Assembly (NCBI GenBank): GCA_002633005.1
Contig: NMRA01000505.1
Span: 172,580-236,579 of the forward strand
Direction of reading: 5' to 3'
Origin: Phoronis australis
Lineage: Eukaryota > Animalia > Phoronida
DNA: 64,000 bases
The notes under the pieces were generated by a model that was given only the letters and a program-made list of their open reading frames with translations, did not search any database and had not been told where the DNA came from. Below, piece after piece: positions 55,557 through 64,000 of the stretch (position 1 is its first letter; every line of letters starts with the position of its first letter). The position numbers and the translations under genes are program-made.

Positions 55557-58500
55557 CAGATCAATATATCAACTTGTCAACCAAGCAGAAGACAGATATG
55601 TCAACTTGTCACCCCCACACCATAGAGATATGTCAACTTGACACCCAGGCATCAGACATATATTAACTTGCCACCTAGGGACCAATCAGTTATCATAACT
55701 TGTCACCCAAGCACCAGACAGATGTATCAACCAGTCACCAAAGCACCAATCAGATATCACAATATGTCACACAAACACCAGACCGATATATCAACTTGAC
55801 ACCCAGTAACCAATCAGTTATCATAAGTTGTCACCCAGGCACCAGACAGATATATCAACTTGTCAGACAGGCACCAGAAAGATATACGAAATTGTCACTC
55901 CGGCACAAGGCAGATAGATCAACTTGTCACCCAGGCACCAGTCAGATATATGAACTTGTCAATCAGGTACCATTCATATATATATATATATACATGTTTG
56001 TATGCAGATATGGGGTTATTATTTGAAACCTTGCAGTGGGGTAAAATTTTGAGACCTCGTTCCGGGGCATATATATAATATATAGCCCGCAACTATATAT
56101 GCCCCATTGGGTATATGCCCGGGAACAATATATATCCCGCAGTTATATATACCTCGCTAGGTATATACCCCAGTACAATATATAGCCCACAAGTATATAT
56201 GTCCCATTGGGTGTATACAATATATACCCCGCATCTTTATATGTCCCATTAGATATATGCCCCAGTATTTTTATAACCCGGTTTTCCACCTAATATACAA
56301 GCCCCGCAACTAGGTATATGTCACATTCGGTTAATGTTTTATGTGCCAAAAATACAGTCCTCCAAAGACCACTGGAATAACGTGTATGGGTCCACAAAAG
56401 ATTTTACCACTTTCAAACTTAAAAATAAATGATCCTTTCATCTGTTTATAATTCTGAAACCACATCCTTTTTGGCCAAAGTACGATTANATACGCCAACT
56501 TGTCACGATGGCACCATACAGATATACATGTATCAACTTAACACTCAGGCAATAGACAGATATATCAACTTGTCACGCAGGCACCAGATCGATAGATGAA
56601 CTTGTCACCCAAGCACCAATCACATATCATAACTTGTCACCCAAGCACAAGACCGATATGTCAATTTGTCTCCCAAGCACCAGTAGGATATATCAACTTG
56701 ACACTCGGGCACCAATCAGGTATCAAAAATTGTCACCCAGCATAAATCAACTTGTCACCCAGAAACCACTCAAATATATCAACTTGTCAGCTAGGCACCA
56801 GAAAGATATACGAACTTGTCACTCCGACACCAGGCAGATAGATCAACCTGTGACCCAGGCAACAGACAGATACAGTTGTGTGTCAACCACTCACCCAGGT
56901 ACCAGTTAGATATGTAAATTGTTACTCGAGCAACAGACAGATATGTCCACTTGTCGCCCAGGCACAGGACAAATACGTCAATTCTTCACCCAGGTACCAG
57001 TAAGGTATGGCAGCTTGTCATCCAGCCACGAGTCAGATATTTCAATCTGTTGCTTACGCAACTGATAGTGATACCCACTTGTCACCTAGGCACGGGACAG
57101 ATAGGTCAAATCGTAACCTAGGGACCACTAAGGTATGTTAGCTTGTCACTCAGGCACCAGTGGGATTTATCAAGTTGTCAACCAGGCTCCAAGTACATAG
57201 ATCAACATGTCACCCAGGCATCAGACAGATATATCAACTTCTCACCCAGGCAACAGACAGATATAACAACTTGCCATCAAGGCACCATGCAGATATGTCA
57301 ACTTGTCATCAAGGCACCAGACAGGTAGATCAACTTGTCACCCAGGCCCCAGACAGATATATCAACTTGGCACTCAGGCACCAGTCAGATATATCAACTC
57401 GTCACAGAGGCACCATTCAGATAAATCAACTTGTCACCCAGATATGTCAACTTTTCACTAAGGCTCCGGACAGATCCGCCAACCTGTCACCAAGGCACCA
57501 GACAGATACTGTCGTATGTCAATTTGTCGCACAGGCACCAATTATATATGTCAACTTGTTACTCAGTTACCCATCTTGTCAATCAGGCACCAGACGTATA
57601 TATCAACTTGTCGCCAAGTCACCAGACAGATATGCCAACTCGTTACTCAGGCACCAGATCGATAGATCAACTTGTCAGCCAGCTACCGGTCATATACGAC
57701 GACTTGTCACCCAAAGACCAGACAGATATGTAAACTTGTCACTCAGCCACCAGATCGATAGATCAACTTGTTACCCAGGCGCCAGTAAGATATGACAACA
57801 TGTCACCCAGGCACCACACAGGTAATTTAACTTGTCATTCAGGTAATAAACAGACATATCAACTTGTCACTCAGCCACTAGATAGATAGATCAACTTCTC
57901 ACCTAGCCACCAGTCAGATATGCTAACTTGTCACCCAGGCACCAGAAAGATATATCAACGTGCCACTCAGCCACCAGACAGATATACCAATTTATCACTC
58001 AGTTACAAGATCGATAGATCAACTCTTCACCCAGGCACCAGTCAGATATGACATGTCACAGAGCCACCACACAGATATGCCAAGTTGTCACCCAAGCACC
58101 GGTCAGAAATGACAACTTGTCACTCAGGTACCATTCATACATTTCAACTTGTCATCCAGGCACCAGTCAGATATGTTAACGTATCACTCAGGTACCAATA
58201 ATATATGTCAATTTGCCACCCAGCCACCAATAAGATATGTCAATTTGCCACCCAGCCACCAATAAGATATGTCAATTTGCCACCCAGCCACCACTCAGAT
58301 ATATCAACTTGTCACTCAGGCACCAGATTGATAGATCAACTTGTCAGCCAGCCACCTATCAGATACGACAACTTGCCACCCAGGCACCAGACACATATAA
58401 CAACTTGTCACCTAGGCACCAGTAAGTTATGTCACCTTGTTCTTCAGACACCAGTCTTATATGTCAACTTGTTACTCAGTTACCATTCAGATTTATCAAC

Positions 58501-59950
58501 TTGTCACCCAGGCACCAGACAGATACATCAACTTGTTAATCAGACAACAGACATATAGATCAACTTGTCACCAAGCCACCAGACAGATAAGCCAAGTTGT
58601 CACCAGTCAGATATGCAAACTTGTCACTCAGGCACAAGATCAATAGATCCACTTGTCACCCAGGTGCCAATCAAATATAATAACATGTCACCTAGGCACC
58701 AGACAGATATATGAACTTGTCACCCAGGCACAAGACACATATGGCAACATGTCACCTAGGCATTAGACACATATATCAACTTGTCAACCAGGCACCAGTC
58801 AGATATTTCAACATGTCGCCAAAGCCCAGACAAATATATCAACTTGTCACCCAGGCACCAGACAGATATATGAACTTGTCACCCTGGCACCACACAGGTA
58901 ATTTAACTTGTCATTCAGGTAATAAACAGACATATCAACTTGTCACTCAGCCACCAGATAGATAGATCAACTTCTCACCTAGCCACCAGTCAGATATGCT
59001 AACTTGTCACCCAGGCACCAGAAAGATATATCAACGTGCCACTCAGCCACCAGACAGATATATCAATTTCTCACTCAGTTACAAGATCGATAGATCAACT
59101 CTTCACCCAGGCGCCAATCAGATATGACATGTCACTCAGCCACCAGACAGATATATAAACTTGTCACCCAGGCACCAGTTAGATATGTCAACTTGTCACT
59201 CAGGTACCATTCATATATTTCAACTAGTCACCCAGGTATTATTTATGTGTATCAACTTTTCACCCAGACACCAATCAGATACGATTGCATGTCAACTTGG
59301 CACACAGGCACCAGTTAGATATATCAACTTGTTTCTCAGATACCATTCAGATATATCAACTTGTCACCCAGACACCAGACACATTTTCAAACTTGTCAAT
59401 TAGACATCAGAAAGGTAGCTCAACTTGTCACCAAGCAGTCAGAAAGATATCCCGAGTTGTCACCCAGGAACCAGTCAGATATGTCAACTTGTCACTCAAG
59501 CAACAGATCGATAGATCAACTTGTCACCAGGCGCCAGTCATATATAACAACATGTCACCCAAGCACGAGACAAATATGAACTTTTCACCCAGGCACAAGA
59601 CAGATATATCAACTTGTCAGCTTGGCACCAGACACATATATCAACTTGGCAACCAGGCACCAGTCAGATATTTCAACTTGTCATTCAGGCACCAGACAGA
59701 TATATCAACTTGCCACCAAGCCACCAGACAGATATCCTAATTTCTCACCCTGGCATCAGACGGATATGGCAACTTGCCACTCAGGCACCAGACAGATATA
59801 CCAACTTGTCACTTAGGCACCAGACAAATATATCAACTTGTCAACCAGGCACCAGCCAGATATGTCAACTTGTCAGCAAAGCCCCAGACTAATATGTCAA
59901 CATGTCATTTAGCCACCAGACAGAAATGCCAACTAGTCACTCAGGCACCA

Positions 59951-60018
<68 letters not shown>

Positions 60019-62075
60019 CTTGTCACTCAGGCACCGGACAGATAGATCAACTTGCCACCTAGCTACCAGTGAGATATGCCACCTTGTCATCCAGGCACCA
60101 GTCAGTTATGTCAACTAGTCACTCATGTACCATTCATATATTTCAACTTGTCATCCAGGCACAAGCCAGATATGTTAACGTATTACTCAGGTACCATTAA
60201 TATATGTCAACTTGCCACCTAACCACCAGTAAGATATGTCAACTTGTCACTCAGGCACCAGATCGATAGATCAACTTGTCAGCCAGCCACCTATCAGATA
60301 CGACAACTTGCCACCCAGGCACCAGACACATATATCAACTTGTCACCCAGGACCAGACAAATATAACGACTTGTCACCCAGGCACCAGTAAGTTATGTTA
60401 ACTTGTTTTTCAGACATCAGTCTTATATGCCAACTTGTTACTCAGTTACCATTCAGATTTATCAACTTGTCACCCAGGCACTAGACAGATATATCAACTT
60501 GTCAATCAGACAACAGGCAGATAGATCAACTTGTCACCCAGGACCAGACAAATATAACGACTTGTCACCCAGGCACCAGTAAGTTATGTTAACTTGTTTT
60601 TCAGACATCAGTCTTATATGCCAACTTGTTACTCAGTTACCATTCAGATTTATCAACTTGTCACCCAGGCACTAGACAGATATATCAACTTGTCATTCAG
60701 ACAACAGGCAGATAGATCAGCTAGTCACCAAGCGACCAGACAGATAAGCCAAGTTGTCACCCAGGCACCAGTCAGATATATCAACTTGTCACTCAGGCAA
60801 TAAACAGATATATCAACTTGTCACTCAGGCACAAGATCAATAGATCCACTTGTCACCCAGGTGCCAATCAAATATAATAACATGTCAGCCAGGCACCAGA
60901 CAGATATATGAACTTGTCACCCAGGCACCAGACACACATATCAACTTGTGACCTAGGCACCAGACATATATATATATATATATATATATGTAAACGTGTC
61001 ATCCAGACACCAGGCAGATATATCAACTTGTAAGCTAGACAACAGACACATATATCAACTTGTCACCAAGTCACCAGACAGATATGCCTAGTTGTCACCC
61101 AGACACCAGTCGGACATGTCAACTTGTGACTGAAACACCAGATCGATAGATCAATTTGTCACACAGGCGCCATTCAGGTATAACAACATGTCACCCATGC
61201 ACCAGACATATATACAAACTTGTCACCCAGGCACCAGTCAGATATGTGAACTTGTCAATCAGGTACCATTAATATATATCAATTTGTCACCCAGGCAACA
61301 GTCATATATGCCAACTTTTCACCTATGCACCATACAGATACGTCAACTTGCCACTCAGGCACCAGTCATATATATATATATGAATTTTTCACACAGGTAC
61401 AATTCAGATAAATCAACTTGTCACCAAGGCACCAGACGGATACAGTTGTATATAAACTTGTCACACAGGTACCAGTAAGATATGTCAACTTGTTACTTAG
61501 TTATCATTCAGATAGATCAACTTCTCACCCACGTACCAGACAGATATGTCAACTTCTCACCTAAGCACCAGACAGATATGTCAACTTGTCACTCAGGCAC
61601 CAGACAGATACATCAACTTGTCACTCAGACAATAGACAGATATATCAACTTGTCACTCAGGCACCACATCGATAGATGAACTTGTCACCCAGGCGCCAGT
61701 AAGATATGACCACATGTCACCAAGGCACAAGACAGATATATGAACTTGTCGCCGAGGCACCACACAGATATATCATGTTGTCACCAAGGCACCAGACACA
61801 TATATCAACTTGTCAGCCAGCCACCAGTCGTATATGTCATCTTGTCACCAAAGCCCCAAACACATATGTCAACTTTTCATACAGCCACCAGACAGATATT
61901 TCAACTTGTCACTCAGGTACTATTAATATATATCAACTTGTCACCCAGTCACCAGTCAGAGATGTCAACATGTCACCCAGGCACCAGTCAGAAATGTCAA
62001 CTTTTTACTCAGGCATCAGTCAGGTATGACAACTTGTCACTCAGGCACCGGTCAGATATGAGAACTATTCAGTCA
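55557..62075. repeat. 32-bp minisatellite array (~6.5 kb) with higher-order duplications
   Basis: Consensus GATATATCAACTTGTCACCCAGGCACCAGACA; interrupted at ~55980-56490 and by (TA)n at ~59955 and ~60965. Confidence 0.96.
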
Positions 62076-64000
62076 GGCACAATATTTAATAATAATCCGT
62101 GCAACACTTCGTCGCGTTATCTCGATGATGAAACCAGGAACTGTCTCCACCAGAAGCAGTTTTGGGGTTTTGGGGGCATTTGAGTTAAGAGAAGTGTTCC
62201 TCTCTATAAAATGTAACCTCTTGAAACACTTCCAATAGCCATTTTCAACTTTGAAAATAGCCCACTCGTATTTAACGACCAATCAATGAAATATGGCCTC
62301 ACTCACGTGAAAAGGTGGTTCTAGACAATAATTCCCCTTTTTAATTTCTAAGAGGAGGACGGCTGTCGAAGATAACCATGAACGAAAAGTACGCAGAATG
62401 GGAAATTACGGCAAATATTTTGTTTTGCAAGACAACAGTGCGGTTGAATAAGGCAGGAAGGAATTGGTTATGTTTTAGATTATGTGACTGTGTACACTTT
62501 GATGCGATGTTGACATAATCGAATGGAAATCGGAACAGAAATGCATTTTCATTATGAAAGTCAGGTTTACACCATAGTATATCTAAGGAAGCGAGTAGAG
62601 TTGGCCAAATAAGAAAAGTAACGCAATTAATTTACGTGCGTAAATTAACGGCCCAGATTAATTAGTAAGCTGTACGTTAATTCTTAATGGCGCAAATTAA
62701 TTTTTGACAGGTTCACGTAATTCGAACATTCGCCCTTTAGGTCAACAAAGGCGAGAAGGCGTACCGTCTAAGGTTTTGCACTTCAACTCGCAAGTTGTCA
62801 CCAGTTTTTAGTAACAACCCTTGTCAAATTTAGGCCTGTGAAAAACGACTCTCCAGGTCATTTTTTCACGGGGTCAATTTTTATGACTACTTCGGCACTA
62901 ACATGAGACGAAAGAAAATTCAGGGAGATGCAAGATACTTGAAATGAGAAAATCTAAAAAGATTCGCGCGAACAAGATGAATCGGCCAATTGTTATCTTG
63001 CAGCGTTGCGTTAGCAAGTGGTAGTCCTAGGTGGCGTCAAACGTACAGTGTATAGACGAAAAAATAAACCAATCTCGATGAGTGCGGAATCACACATCGT
63101 CAATTTCCTGAAGGCATGTGAACCAGTGCAGCGACAAGAGAACACAATAGTCCAAGGGTTTATTCCATACGCATTGAATACGGCCATGTGTTATTGCTTT
63201 CCGTATTGCACTCCCTGGACTACTTCAGCAGCGACCTCTGACATGAAAAGTTCAAAAGGTAGGTCAATGTCGACTCGACGTCTTCAGCCGGTTCGATCAA
63301 CAAACGTTTCCAAAATAGTTTAAACTAGCAAAATTGCAGCAGTATAAATAACACCCAATATGCAATCAGGTTGGTACAAAATTGTTTAGTATAAGACACT
63401 GTCTCAGTTTATTTTATAACTATTATATCGTCTGCAACTCAGGCGCCGAATTCCTTGGTAACTGCAATGTTAAATATTGTTCTTATATAATCCTTTTTAG
63501 GAAATGTCACAAGTTCAATGCACGATAACCGTTGTTTTCACCTTTGTTATCTCTTTTCAAGTAATAGATCTGTTTCTTTTACTAGAGTAAACTTGTAACA
63601 TAACGCACAAGAACATGGATGTGCTCCACCACGTGAACAGTCTAGGTGAAGTATTTACCACATCTATTGTCCAGAGATCTTTGCCACCAACTATACATAC
63701 AGTTTTGTTCTCTGATGTAACATACAAACGGGCAGCGTATTAATTGAAATGATGGTACCGTGGGACGCCAGAGTAGAGGCGGTCAAAAGATGGAAGGGAC
63801 TAACTACGAAGACCTAAAAGGGGATACTTTGCCAGAAGTGGGTGAGATGCCGGTGCTTCAAAAGTAAGCAACAAAGGTCACAAGTAACAACTGAATCTGC
63901 AAAGAAGCCTTGGTTTGTCAGCGACAACCAAGACGAAACCCACACGATAAGGAGCTGGAATGGCTTAAATTATGTTTGGACTTGATTAACTGTGCTTCCT

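Noticed and set aside
55557-62075. 32-bp periodic array as a CRISPR array or a repetitive protein gene (many + strand ORFs)
   Set aside because: Units are contiguous and mutually similar with no unique spacers, there are no cas genes, and the context is eukaryotic. The ORFs are short, occur in all frames and are by-products of the repeat.
63018-64000. Possible coding relics at the window end
   Set aside because: Frames on both strands are interrupted by stops and show no recognisable homology.

Overview
AT-rich, repeat-rich animal genomic DNA with spliceosomal introns and two N-gaps. It is probably from a marine invertebrate bilaterian (a mollusc-like lophotrochozoan is my inference); it is not prokaryotic. 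Genes: (1) a + strand mitochondrial disaggregase CLPB/SKD3 (ankyrin + AAA+), with 14 GT-AG exons traced in frame from 5885 to 36571 and the 5' exon(s) not found; (2) a small 4-exon Cys-rich, metallothionein-like gene on the - strand (38170-41972) that the ORF track misses; (3) a - strand RING/B-box/coiled-coil/NHL TRIM E3 ligase (44772-~46850); (4) tentative exons of an unidentified - strand gene at 51.2-54.3 kb. Introns and intergenic DNA hold many non-autonomous DNA transposons: CA..TG MITEs with 5- and 6-bp TSDs, TTAA-flanked Kolobok-like elements with decayed THAP domains, an IS3EU-like MITE, a long-TIR foldback element, and Helentron/HINE-like arrays carrying more than 20 co-oriented CTCF-like motifs. 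There are also two LINE relics, a hAT transposase relic and several satellites, including a 6.5-kb 32-bp minisatellite. All calls were made by eye; no searches were run.
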